A stretch of 64,000 nt of DNA. Origin: Eledone cirrhosa (Eukaryota). Positions 24,301-36,812 of the stretch are shown here, piece after piece (positions within the stretch are counted from its first letter, which is position 1; every line of letters begins with the position of its first letter). The position numbers and the translations under genes were made by a program. The notes under the pieces were generated by a model. It searched no databases, had not been told where the DNA came from, and worked only from the letters and a program-made list of their open reading frames with translations. The stretch spans positions 95,294,001 through 95,358,000 of the forward strand of contig OZ024743.1 of the NCBI GenBank assembly GCA_964016885.1, given 5' to 3'.

Positions 24301-24482
24301 TCACCACCATAGGCATTGAGTTGGCCAGCCGCAGGTGTGAGCCCCGCGAGTTGGAGTGGTTTTTCCAGCGCGTCTCCCTTGCCGTCCTCCGGGGAAACGC
24401 CTTCTCTATTCTGTCCGCTGGGGCTGTGGGGCGGCCACCAATATGATTGACTGACTTGTCATTTTATCAGTCAGATGTTTCT
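24301..24482 (+). mobile_element. 3' end of a CRE-like (restriction-like endonuclease) non-LTR element
   Basis: Translates ...LASRRCEPRELEWFFQRVSLAVLRGNAFSILSA...*, the FQRxSxAxxRGNA C-terminal motif; 3' stem TGACTGA/TCAGTCA. Confidence 0.75.
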
Positions 24483-25989
24483 AGACCCATTGTGTAACTA
24501 TTGGGTCTTCTATATAATGTTATTCTATAGAATTTATTTCCATATTTTTCTCTTTTATGACATGAAAAATCTGATGCTATAAAAAGTATGAGCCCTTTTT
24601 TTGACAAATAGATGTATAAATCCATTCGAGGTCGATAAAAAAGGACCACCTCTATATCTCTTTTTCACTTCCATTCTCTCACTCTATCCTTCTTCGGAAG
24701 AAATCTGGTGTATTGAGGTTTGGAGAGGATTGGGCTCCGGCTGGTTTTAAAACTGTCTAAGAAACGCCGTATGTCAATAGGGTACCACTAGCTTCGAGAG
24801 TTACGGGACCATGTCAGGTGTGTAAAACAAATATGAAACAAATACAACACTGGAGTAATACACCAACAGAATGTAAGTTGAAGCATATTGAGAGAAACTA
24901 TGGGATGAAACCTTCCAGAAAAATAGATTTGAAGGTAAAAAGATTAGAAAAGTCCCATCACACAGCAGGCATGACTCAGCAAACCTAGTAAAAAATTCAA
25001 TAAGTATCGATCGATCGATCTCCGTCCGTTTTGATAATGAGTGTTCCAGTTGTACGCTCAACAGATGAACCTACTCACGGAATTAACGTGTAAATGGTTG
25101 AACATATCACATGCACGTGTACCTCTAGCAGCACACGGTGTGTGACAGAATTAATCCTATGAATTACAAGTAAAGTTCAACCTAAGGGATTTCAAACAGT
25201 TTCCATCTAGTTTCACGAGGCAAGTGTCCACCCGAGGATATTGTAACAATTGTTGAAGATGCCATGGAGTAGGATCGAAGCCGAGACCTAATAATTGCGA
25301 AGGGATTTTCGTAACCATTTGACCACATTGGGTACACAGCTTACACCGCACATACTTTATACAGTCAGTACTTGACAAGACAACTAACAGGTAATTCACT
25401 AACATATTCCACATATTTTATACAGTCAGTACTTGACAATACAAGACAACTAACAGGTAATTCACATGAATCATATTCCACATACTTTACACAACAGACG
25501 AGACACACTAAGATGACATCATTATGGAGATTAATAGCTAGGAAGTAGCGAAACTTTAATGACTATCACATCAATATTGTCTACAGAAATGATGTAAGCT
25601 ACCGATTATTAAAATGTATATATAATTTAATGGTTTTAATGAACATAAAAACAGCAAATTTAGTCATAGTAACTAAAAACTATCGAGCTGTAACATTTTA
25701 TGGTCAATATTTTTGTGAGTTGTGTTCCCTTTATATAAATTGTAAAAATAATTACCTTGAATTTTCCTTTTAACTGTTAACGCCCTATATTACATAAACT
25801 ATCATTAGCAAGACATTTTCGAGAATTACATAACGACAATAGATCTGAATCACATTAAATAATCAAATATTTATTTTAATACTGTAACATTTCACGACGA
25901 TCTGTGCACTGCATTAAAAATACTATAATGATTTGAATTAACAATCCCGTTTTAGACATTTTAAACTAAATCCGTACAAAATATTAAAG

Positions 25990-26345
25990 GTTAAACAACT
26001 TCAAACATGATGAAGGCATCATTAAAGAATAAAAGACGTCAGATCAACTGATTTTTACCTACTCCAAAGTAATACTAGAATGATAGGCTTGCCAAAAAAG
26101 GAAGGTAGAGGCTACAGTATGAATAGAGAGAAATGCCACAAAAGTATTCACAAACTCACAGGATCTCTTCGATATTGTTGCTGGACATTCGTCAATATGG
26201 CGACGATGGTTTGAAAATTTAAAACAGCGGAACAGCCAGCCCATGAAATTAACATAGTAATGGCTGTTCATTTTATAAATACATGTACCTTTAACGGTAT
26301 TCTCTGAGTGTTTCAAGAATGGATCTTTGAATGATAGGTACAACC
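25990..26345 (-). pseudogene. Possible pogo/Tigger transposase remnant
   Basis: Weak GWLFR.F (CENP-B HTH-like) motif and downstream residues; heavily decayed. Confidence 0.35.
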
Positions 26346-27129
26346 TACTCTACGGGCGTCCAAACAATTTCTTTCTACACAATTTTACTCACATAGCATG
26401 GGTCATTCCGAAGCTATGTTAAATACAAATTTCCCCAAATACCACACAGTCGTATCGAACACAGAACCTAATGAATTTGAAGCTATTTAACTACCACTTC
26501 TACAACAAAAAGCAGCCTGCTGTAAGCCAGCAAGTTTCAATGGACAATTTTAGAATCGTACATTAACGGAAACATTAGTAATTAACCACTACTTACATTA
26601 TATTCAGTATGAATCTATCATATTACCAACCGGATGTGTTTAGAAAGCATTATTCAGTATCATAGAAGACCAGCGTCCATGGATTGTGGAAGAAAGTGAA
26701 TGCTTATAAACATGTTTCAATGGCATTGTATGACAGAGAGATCACACAGCTGAGTATCTGAGGTAGGATGTTCTCATATAGACATAAACCTAGTCTTTGA
26801 TGATATCAAAGGCAACACTATTGTTTTCTCCAAAGTTTTCAGAGGCGGAGAATGCTAGTGAAAAACAGAAGACAACAGCTGTCAGTACATCAATTATCTC
26901 TTCATTAATTACCTTTTGCTTTCTATTAAGGTGAGTATATCATTCTTCAATTAGCTCCTGTAAAGAGACACGTAACAAAAACACATGAGGGTAACAAAGA
27001 CCACCAAAACAGATGGACACTCGACACCTTATTCTTCGCTACGGCTTTCTAAATCTGACCATCTTTCATGGCAAATACACGTCTATACATTTGTAAAAAC
27101 TGTATTACATGGCTTTGCAGTAATACGCC

Positions 27130-27350
27130 AGTTTCAGCACTCGGCCACCAGAAGGCAAATAGGTGTAAACGCCAAACATGCTATCTTCAAATCGGTATTC
27201 GTGCCAACACTTATCTATGGTCATGGATCTCTGGTAAAGACCGAAAGTATACGATAGCGAATACAAGCGGCTGAAATGGGTTCATCTGCAGGGTCTGTGG
27301 AGTAAACCTACTTAATAGGTTCCGTAGCTCGGAAACGAGAGAGATCATGT
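27130..27350 (+). pseudogene. RTE-clade ORF fragment
   Basis: KHAIFKSVFVPTLIYGHGSLVKTE...RIQAAEMG. Confidence 0.72.
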
Positions 27351-28439
27351 GGTAAGAATGTCTAAATAAATAACTACTGGGAAGATTTTACAGTCAGAAA
27401 GAACCAACCGGAGAGCCAGTTCTATCGACATTATTGCACCGGTCAAGTTTATATATTGCACTGCTATTGCACTGAAAACTATCCTAGATCGTATAAAAAA
27501 CGATCCAATTGATTAGAAAAATTAACTCAGCAACACTTCATCTCTCTCTATTCACCCCTTCCCCTTCTTTTGCTCATCTCTCTGCCCCCCCCCCCCCCCC
27601 CCTCTCGCATTCTCTCTACTTTAGTTTCTCCCATTCTTTGCCACAGTTCTGACAAAGGCATTGGATCATCTATGCAATCAAGCTATCAGCTCCGTCGAAA
27701 GCCAACTAAAATAATTCCTTCAATATATCCTATGTCGATGAATGATTCACTAGCAACAGCAATCAATTCTCCTTCAATTTACTCCCAACACACTTTAAAA
27801 GGAGTACAGCATATAATATAATCTGAGGAACACTATCTTAGAAACAGATGATCGCTGGTTGAATGTCGTTGATCAGAGGCTTGATCTATCAGTGTTGACC
27901 TTTGGATAAACAAGAGATCAAATGGAAAAAGGGCAGTGATACGGAAAACTTAATTTTAGAACATTAGAAGTTTGTAGAAAGGAATATACATTGCACAAAA
28001 TAATGATGTTAATGAGATAAACGAATTGAAGGTGAAACTCATCTAGACATTCTGGACAAAGTTGGATTGACAGTTTATTAACTGTAATCAACAGAAGGTT
28101 ATAGATTGGCCTATGTAATATTTATTAAAGTAAGTGTTAGCATATCTAATGCAGCATGCATGATAATGTTTATTATGTTTACTAGCAGAAAAACCACCGT
28201 TTCGGTGGGTTTTTCTGCTAGAGTGTGTAGTGTGTATATTGATATTATACGCAAGTATATATGCATGTAGATATGATATGTCAAATAAAATCGCAATTGA
28301 CAATAGCGACAGAAATTGAAGAGAGTCTGTGTTACACTGTCTTCTGCAATTGGTAAAGTAATCCATGACACATTAAAAAGAGACGATATTATATATAAAC
28401 TGCATTAGGAGAAAATTAGCGACGGAAATAAGTGTTATA

Positions 28440-28545
28440 ATAATTGTTTCTACTTTAGGCACAAGGCCAGCAATTACCCAGTTCATTACTGGTACTTTAT
28501 TTTATCGACCCCGTAAGGATGAAAGGCAAAGTCAACCTCGGCGGA
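28440..28545 (-). mobile_element. SINE family B, 3' half
   Basis: Reverse complement of the core and tail. Confidence 0.85.
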
Positions 28546-28692
28546 AATGGGCACTAAATGGAAGTGTTAATATTTGAAAATTTTAAAGAAGTGAATTTTT
28601 AAATAAGCAATAAAATTATTTATATTTAATCAAGAGTTACGAAATTTAGTACATAAATTATGTAATATTCATTCATTATTTATTCAAAGTAA

Positions 28693-28985
28693 TCCCGCCG
28701 AGGTTAACTTTGCCTTTCATCCTTACGGGGTCGATAAAATAAAGTACCAGTAATGTACTGGTGATTGCTGGCCTTGTGCCAAAAGTAGAAACAATTATTT
28801 ATTCAAATTAATTCAAAGGGCGGTGGATTGGCAGTATCGGTAGATAGAGTTACGGCCCTTGCCATTCTGAGTTGAAATCCCGCCAAGGTTAACTTTGCCT
28901 TTCATCCTTACGGGGCCGATAAAATAAAGTACCAGTAATGAAATGGGTATTTGCTGGCCTTGTGCCAAAAGTAGAAACAATTATT
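28693..28985 (+). mobile_element. Two tandem SINE family B copies inside one 21-bp TSD
   Basis: ATTATTTATTCAAAGTAATCC at 28675-28695 and 28980-29000; partial copy of it between the two SINEs. Confidence 0.85.
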
Positions 28986-29994
28986 TATTCAAAGTAATCC
29001 AACTTATTTTACAGACGGGATAAAAAAAATATATTCTTGATGCAGTCCCGCACTTCTTAATTTATTATAGTTAAGATTAATCAAGGCTTCACTAAACCAA
29101 ATAGAAGAGATAAAACTAAAACAAAGGAAGTTAACTCAAAAGAATCGCAAAATGTTCTGCATTCTATTGAAGATTCCGGAAAGAAGTCGAAAATACAGTA
29201 AAATCTCTCTTCGTAAACCCACTTCGAAGCAATTTAATTTGCCGTGCCCCCCCCCCCCCACCACCTGAGAATTATTGGAGCTAACTTTTAACTAGTAAAA
29301 GAGTAAAAGACTTCGATGCCTTCCCACCATCGATATTATCACCATCGTTGTAGTTGTCATCGTCATTATCATCATTGTCAAGATCATAGTTGTCACAGTC
29401 ATCATCTTAATCACCACAGACATTTTAAGATCTGTTTCCCAAACGCCATTTTCCGCATGTTCAACATCATTACATCAATTCTATAACAACAATCTTCACA
29501 GAGATTTTAGTAGATTAACATTGAGTTAGTTTATACAGTGTTCGTAAAAGTCGAATTTACTTGATACATAATTCATAATTACAAAGGTGTCTCCTTAAAG
29601 CTAACGAGAGAACCTCTAAGCCATCACTCAACTTGGCAGAAGTAGTTGCCAAGTCTTCCACAATTTACAACCTATCACCTTAAAAACGAAGAGAACACAT
29701 TAAATAACGTAGTTTTAAATATACGAAAGGTGGGATCAACACAGCTGGAAATTGTTTGATCGTAGATCAGCCATTAAAATTAGACTGAAATTGACTGGAA
29801 GTCCATCGAAATGGATTGTACCAGTAATTCAACATTTCAAATTTGTCCCATATTGTGTCACACCGAATCTGCCTGAGAATTGTGTTAAGGATACACGTGT
29901 TGGTGGAATACTCAGCCGCTTAAGTTAATTTATTGAGTAGGTCGTTAATTATGTTGATTGTGGAAATCACCGAGAAATCCATTATTTTTGCTAA

Positions 29995-30366
29995 ACATCA
30001 CCTCCACTGCAACCAACACCACCATCACTACCGCCACCAACACCACCATCACCACCACTGCTACCAACACCACCATCACCTCCACTGCCACCAACACCAC
30101 CATCACTACCGCCACCATCACCACCATCACCACCACTGCCACCATCACCATCACCACCACTGCCACCAACACCACCATCACCACCACTGCCACCATCACA
30201 ATCACCACTACTGCCACCAACACCACCATCACCACCACTGCCACCATCACCATCACCACCACTGCCACCAACACCACCAACACCACTGCCACCAACACCA
30301 CCACCGCCACTGCCACCACTACTGCCACCAACACCGCCATCACCACTGCCATCAACAACAACAACA
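29995..30366. repeat. (CAC)n-derived compound repeat with about 30-bp periodicity
   Basis: CACCACCACTGCCACCAACACCACCAT-type units. Confidence 0.92.
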
Positions 30367-30413
30367 AACAAATTATTGTGTGTATTAGACCTCTATCTAT
30401 TTCGATACGTGTG

Positions 30414-31655
30414 GGCAGATCGATGCCCTCCGATGGCGTTGTCGGGCGCTGGACGGAGGGCCCAGTGAAGTTGCTCAGGGTCTGGTTCGGACCAGACCTC
30501 CAGGTGGAGAAGAATTGGGGTGAGGTAACGAACAGGGTGTTTGCACTGACCCAGAAGTGGGCCGAGTGCAAACTGTCCCTGAAAGGTCGGGCGGAGGTGG
30601 CGAACACTTATATAGCGTCCGTCATCTACTAGCGCCTGACCATTGTGCCTTGCCCAAGGGAAACGCTCGCCAAAATGGAGCGCGCACTCGTCCAATTCCT
30701 TTGGAAGAAGCGGGCTCCTATGGTGAGGAGATCCATCTGCTGTCAACACCCTTCGAAAGGAGGGCTGGGGCTGCCGTGGCTAATGATACGTAAACACGCA
30801 TTAAGGCTACGGCACTTCTAGGTATTCCTCTCCGGTCAACCGGTGTGGGCCCCGTTTGTGAGGCGAGCCTTTCCCAGACTCGTCTCACTCACCGAGCTGC
30901 AATCCTGGGTCAAGCAAAGACCGAGAAAACTGGGCGCCTGGCACACCGAGTGTGCCCAGGCGCTCACGGCTCTCTGGCAGGCGGACCCGACTGTCAGTGG
31001 AGAATCCACCTCGTCATTCTATAGAGGGCTGGTGGTTAGCAGATGCGACGACGCCCTCGGAGAAGCCCTAGGCATGGAGGAAGACGAACTGGCCAACCTG
31101 TTCGGTAGGACATTCAGCCCGGGACCCATGGATAACTTCCAGAGGTCCCTGGCCTGGCAGTGCTACAGAAGGGCTCTGCCCGTTCGAGAAAGGCTTTACA
31201 GACACGGGCGCCCGGGTATGGACCCCTCGAAAAAGATCTGTCCCAGATGCGTGTGCGACGAGGAAACCGTTGCACACGAATTGGTACACTGCTCGGGCAT
31301 TGATGATCTGTGGGGCTATGTCGAACAACTGCTGTCAAGGGTGGGACCGATCCGGTTGACCACCGAGTCTATTGTAACGATCAAGCCGCCTCCCCTCTTC
31401 AAAAACGAAGGAGAGGCGGTGTTTCTGTGCGTAATAGCCATGGCGAAAAAGGTTGTATGGTGGACGCGTCTGAAAGGACTGAGGACAGACACCTTTCTCT
31501 CTGGCCAACAACTGGTCCGTTTCTTCCGATATCATTTCGGAAGAAGGATCAGGATGGAGAGAGAGGTGCTGCACCCCAGCCGTTTTTATGAAAGATGGGT
31601 GAAAGTGGCGAGAATGGCCCGTGTGAATGGGCCTTCACTCTACATCAGACTATAG
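30414..31655 (+). pseudogene. Tx1 ORF2 C-terminal half with two in-frame TAG stops
   Basis: ORFs 29958-30632 (distal part) and 30843-31655 share a frame; stops at 30630-30632 and near 30820. Confidence 0.85.
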
Positions 31656-31920
31656 GTGAGGAAGATGAAAGACCAAGGGAGCACCCCTTCTCTGTGCTGC
31701 TCCTGAGGAAAAGGGTTGCACACTTTTTTCGGGGGTGTATGCGACCCCCCAAGGCGCCTCCTCTCTATTGAGGATTTTGTTATATATTTTATTCTGTTAT
31801 ATTTTATTTTATTTTTATATTTTGTTATTGCCTCCTCCTTATTGAGGACGCCTTGTTTTGTAAACTCCCCCCATTGTACTTGTCCCACTTTTGATGCCCT
31901 GGTGGCAAATAAAAGAAACA
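30414..31920 (+). mobile_element. 5'-truncated Tx1/L1-clade LINE with 20-bp TSD
   Basis: TSD TATCTATTTCGATACGTGTG at 30394-30413 and 31921-31940; KLSLKGRAEVAN, GGLGLP and zinc knuckle CPRC..EETVAH...C. Confidence 0.93.
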
Positions 31921-31959
31921 TATCTATTTCGATACGTGTGTTATGGTTGATTTGTCAAC

Positions 31960-32155
31960 GGAACAACCTCCTTACTCACCACCATAGGCGCTAAGCTGGC
32001 CAGCCGCAGGTGTGAGCCCCACGAGTTGCAATGGCTTTTCCAGCGCGTTTCCCTTGCCGTCCTCCAGGGAAACGCCTTCTCCATTCTGTCCGCCGGGGCT
32101 GTGGGGAGGCCACCAATATGATTGACTGACTTGTCATTTTATCAGTCACATGTTT
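31960..32155 (+). mobile_element. CRE-like 3' fragment
   Basis: Near-identical to 24301-24482. Confidence 0.75.
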
Positions 32156-32433
32156 TTAGACATTTAATTAGCTTTCTTACTTCACTACACCTCTCTTTCT
32201 ATACACAAGATTCAATTTTTCTTCTCAACAAGAAAGATGAACAAACTTAGCATCTCGTTGCATTTACGTGTATCCACATGGCAATTGTCAAAGAAATTCG
32301 CCATAACAAGGCTGACCCTTTGAATTAGAGTTACAACTATTTTTTGCCAGCTGAATGAACTCAAGCAATGTGAAAACGTGTCATGCAGGAGGACAAAACA
32401 CGCCGCCGGGAATCGAACATTATTTCACAATCA

Positions 32434-32627
32434 AAGGGCGGTGGATTGGCAGTATCGGTAAAGCGTCGGACGCCATGCTTTGTAGCATAAAGTTACTCCC
32501 CTTTATGATCTGAGTTCAAGTCTCGCCGAGGATAACTTTGCCTTTCATCCTTACGGGGTCGATAAAATAAAGTACCAGTAATATACTGGGGTAATTGCTG
32601 GCGTTGTGCCAAAAGTAGAAACAATTA
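32434..32627 (+). mobile_element. SINE family B nested in an older minus-strand SINE (about 32300-32660)
   Basis: TSD ATTATTTCACAATCA at 32419-32433 and 32624-32638. Confidence 0.88.
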
Positions 32628-34339
32628 TTTCACAATCATGAGCAGAACATTCTTACTACTAAGCCATTTACCTTCACAAAGTATTAATATGGTGTCGTAG
32701 TCAACTACTTGATAACTTGTAAATGTCTCAACTTTCTACGACTGTTAAAACTTAATATAGTGACAGAATATTAGCAGTTTGATACTCTCTACATCTCCCT
32801 CTTACTTTCCTTATTCAATCTTCAATTGTTCTTCCTTTTTTTATTATTCTTCGCTACCGCGGCTGTAAAGCAGTCAAGTTTCTCGACTGGAAACATTTCA
32901 ATTCGCTTTTCTTAAATATCAAATTGCTTTTCTCGGTTAGGTTTTCTAGTTAAAATTGAATTAAAATACAATGCAAACTAGTTACCATACTGAATGGCTT
33001 TGTTTCATCGACCGAAGTATGTATATTCCCCATGGTTTCGGGTAGACTTAAATCATGATACCCCATGTTTATATTTCGAAGTATTTCGTGACTGGATATC
33101 TTGCTTGTCAGTCTGACAAAGTTATTATGAGTTCATGTCGAAACTGTAACAGTTCGTTCTATCTTGAGGCAAAACTAAATACTTAATGAGCAAACAATAA
33201 TGTATCTATGCAATCAGTCGACCTTCTAGAACTAGCAGCTAATTCCCATTGAAAACATACTTATCATCGTAGAAAAGAAGGACATATGGTCTTAGATACT
33301 TTATGCCAAGGAAAAACATGTAATACCTGATGGAGGCGTAAAGGAGTCGTCGTAACATACGGCGTATTTTGGGCACTTCAAACCGGGGGGTGGGGGGCTA
33401 TTCTCTCTCTGGATTTGAATGCAGGGAGTGAGAAAGAGATATGAACTGGTACGAGGATGAAAAGCAATGTTGACCTTGGCGGGATTTGAACTCAGAGCAC
33501 TGAGAACCGGAACAAATGCAGCAATGCATTCCAAACGGTACCCTAAAGGCTCTTCTAATTTGCCGCCTCAGATATAGTGTGCCTAGGTAAAATTCCCTTG
33601 ATCATAGGTCCACTTTATGAGAGATAAGCTACATCTATACAAGATAGCCCTTAAATTCAAATATTCATAGGAATAAGATTCCAAGCTGCCCGAGAAATTT
33701 ATATTCTTTGCACTATTCTTTGCACACTTATGCAAGAGATATTTACCATAACCTCGAGTCGATCTATGCCTTTTGAGTGAAATTGAGTAGCAAGAAACTG
33801 TTTGAAAGCTCCTCGGATGCACTTTACCTGTAATTCAAAGAGACAACCTTGTCACACACTGTGTCATACTGAATCTGCTTGAGAATTACTTAAAGCGTAC
33901 ATGTGTCATGTTATGGGTAGATGTGTCTGTGAAATGTTCAGCTATTAACACGTTAATTTCATGAGCCAGTTGATTAGTTGAACTATACCTGTAATTCATA
34001 GGGCTAACTTTATCACACACCGGGTCGTGTTGTGGGAACACGTGTCTGTGAAATGTTCAACCATTTACACGTTAGTTTCACGAGTAGGATTTTCCATTGA
34101 TAGAACAACTGGAACAATCATCGTCGAAGATGACAGAGGCCCATTCCACTAACTTGTCAAAAAAGAAATGTGTCCTTAATATTTAAGCAGGTTTTCAGTG
34201 TCAAGCCTACATACTTTGTGGTTTTCTGACATCTTTGCAAAAATATAGAAATGTAAGAATTAAATAAAATAATGTTATACAAATATTACCAACACGCAAT
34301 AAACTTAATTCCATGTTTAACATCTGCTCTATATAATAA

Positions 34340-34605
34340 TCTTGTCATTCTTTCTATTGAAGACCTGTCTTATCAATACTTTTGGCATTCTATTCGGTTA
34401 AGATGTTCTTTATATAATAATTTTGGCATTGTATCCGTTTAAGATCTGACGTACAGAATAATGTTTCCATTGTACCCGTTTAAGATCAGTCTTATAGAAA
34501 AATGTTGGCAATATATCCGTTTAGGATCTGTCTTATAGAATAATTATAGCATTGTATCCGTTTAAGATGTGCCTTATATGATGATTTTGGTAAGCTATCC
34601 GTAAA
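34340..34605. repeat. Diverged 41-bp tandem repeat (about 6 copies)
   Basis: Consensus about TTTTGGCATTGTATCCGTTTAAGATCTGTCTTATAGAATAA. Confidence 0.82.
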
Positions 34606-35919
34606 TCTCGTAAAATAACTTACAGACAAAGAATTCTTTCTCTCTGTCCAAAATTAATTAAAGAAATTAATATGTTTAAAGCGGCCAATACAGTAGTGTC
34701 AAATTCAACTAATTCTTTGACAGTAATATACTTGTTAATGACATCAATCATTGTTAAATTGAAAAAGAATGTGGACGTAGATTGGCTGAATGAGGTACAC
34801 GTGACGTTCATTTTGTTTCTGGTTCGATCCCACTCAGTGGTGTATTGGACAAGTGTCATTACCATAACCTCCAGTTACCCCATGTATTGTGAGTGAAACT
34901 GTATAGACAGAAACTATTTGAAGCCAGTCAGAAGACAATGCTTTGCTGAGTCCCAGAGAATTACGTTATGTGTTTGTGGAATACTCAGTCACATGTACGT
35001 TAATTTCATAAGCAAGCTCTTCTGTTGATTAGAAAACTAGAACACCCATCGTCGAGACCATGGGGGTTAATCGAATATTGAAACAAAAGAGCTAAGCACT
35101 TATTAAATAATTAGTTAGATATGGAAATTATCACCTTTTATTAATGAAACAAGCCAATTTATACTCTCAGGACAGCATACTTAAATTAGATGCGAATCGT
35201 CTCCGTATCGATGTCTTAAGAGCACACAGAGTGTCTTTGAATACATATTTCCTCCTAATCAGCCATCAATCTTTGAATACGAAATATCATTTACATTGCA
35301 AATTGAATTATTTTATTTATATACATGAGTCTAATGGAGAGAAATTCAATTATATCTGTATTATCTCCACACAGTCGATATTATCTCCACACAGATATGG
35401 CATAACTTTTATATCTTCTGGAAGAATAGACTGCAATGTTATCACGTGGAACCCACCTAAGGAAGTGAATAGCTATATTTTATAACCAGAGTTATTAATT
35501 TTATTTTGACAAATATCCTTCACCGTTTACCTGTTCTGCGTATCTTTGTCTATTGCATCCAAAATATATTTCTATATCTTAAAGAATTGATCTCATGCTT
35601 TAGAATTTATAGCGAAGAGGAGTAGCACTCATGATCTTTTTCAGAGCTTGGCTGAATAGTACAAAGAAGATTAGAAGTTATCTTCAGGTCAAAGATCTGA
35701 CTTGAATGCTTTTAAATAAAGAAGCTCGACTGAAAGTACTCAAGGGGAAGCTATATGCATAAAACTACTTCCACCCATACACACTGTTGCTAATACACAC
35801 ATATACGCTTTTCAACACAGAGAGACAGATGAATATTTGTTACAGAATGATATATTTATCTCACAAATTAATCACTCTATAAGAAAACTTCAGGAGAAGC
35901 GACTGCTACAATGCCAGAT

Positions 35920-36420
35920 GCCTCTCCCCTCTCAGCGTTGTTGGCAAATCCTTTGCATGGATCATCTTGTTTTGCCTACAGAGGCTAGCAATACGGGTAC
36001 ATCCAAAGTCTCTGAGTGGATTCCAGGCTGAAAGGTCAGCAATGGATATGGTATTTTCCCTCCACCAAATGCATAAGTTCCGCGAAAGAAAAGAAAATTT
36101 CCTTATATGTTGTTTTCATCGACTTTCCCAAGGCATTTGACATGATTAGCAGGTCCTTCAGAAGATCAGTTGTCCACTAAATCTGCAGAACATAATAGAG
36201 TCTTTCCTCTAACATGAAGTCGACGGTGTTGTTCAATGGTATCTCATGTAAGTATTCTAACATACGTAACAGTGGAAAACAAGGTTGCGTCCTCGCTGAA
36301 ACATATATTGGACAATGTGACGGAGGGAATCAACCTGCACACTAGATCAGATGACAGGTTTTCTGTTTATCTCGTTTTAGAGCCAAGACTGATATTTATT
36401 GTTCGCAGGCGTCACCCAGC
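35920..36420 (+). pseudogene. RTE-BovB-like RT fragment
   Basis: SGFQAERSAMDMVFSLHQ, FIDFPKAFDMISR, KQGCVLA, TEGINLHTRSD. Confidence 0.78.
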
Positions 36421-36627
36421 AGGAAACCTAACTCAGCAGGAGTTCCATCGGCCGGCCGAAGCTGTGGTACATGGATGTATTACTGAGAGTCATAAAACTG
36501 GGAGAGGTGAAGGGGTATCCTGAGTTACTACCTTAAGACGGAAGAAGAGAAACTGCACGAATCTGCAGCCGAAAAGCCGAATAGATAGTTTTTGATTCAT
36601 TGACGTGAATAACCCTGCATTCGAAAT

Positions 36628-36812
36628 TATAATTGTTTCTACTTTTTGGCACAAGGCCAGCAATTATCCCAGTGTATTACTGGTAATTTATTTTATCGAC
36701 CCCGTAAGGATGAAAAGCAAAGCTAACCTCGGCGGGATTTGAACTCAGACCATAAAGAGCCGTAACTCTTTGCTGCAAAGCATGGCGTCCGACCCTCTAC
36801 CGATACTGCCAA
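36628..36812 (-). mobile_element. SINE family B
   Basis: Near full-length reverse complement. Confidence 0.87.

Noticed and set aside
29933-30388. His-rich, Thr-rich or Gly-rich proteins
   Set aside because: (CAC)n-derived repeat open in most frames; the fusion to the Tx1 frame is an accident of insertion at the TSD
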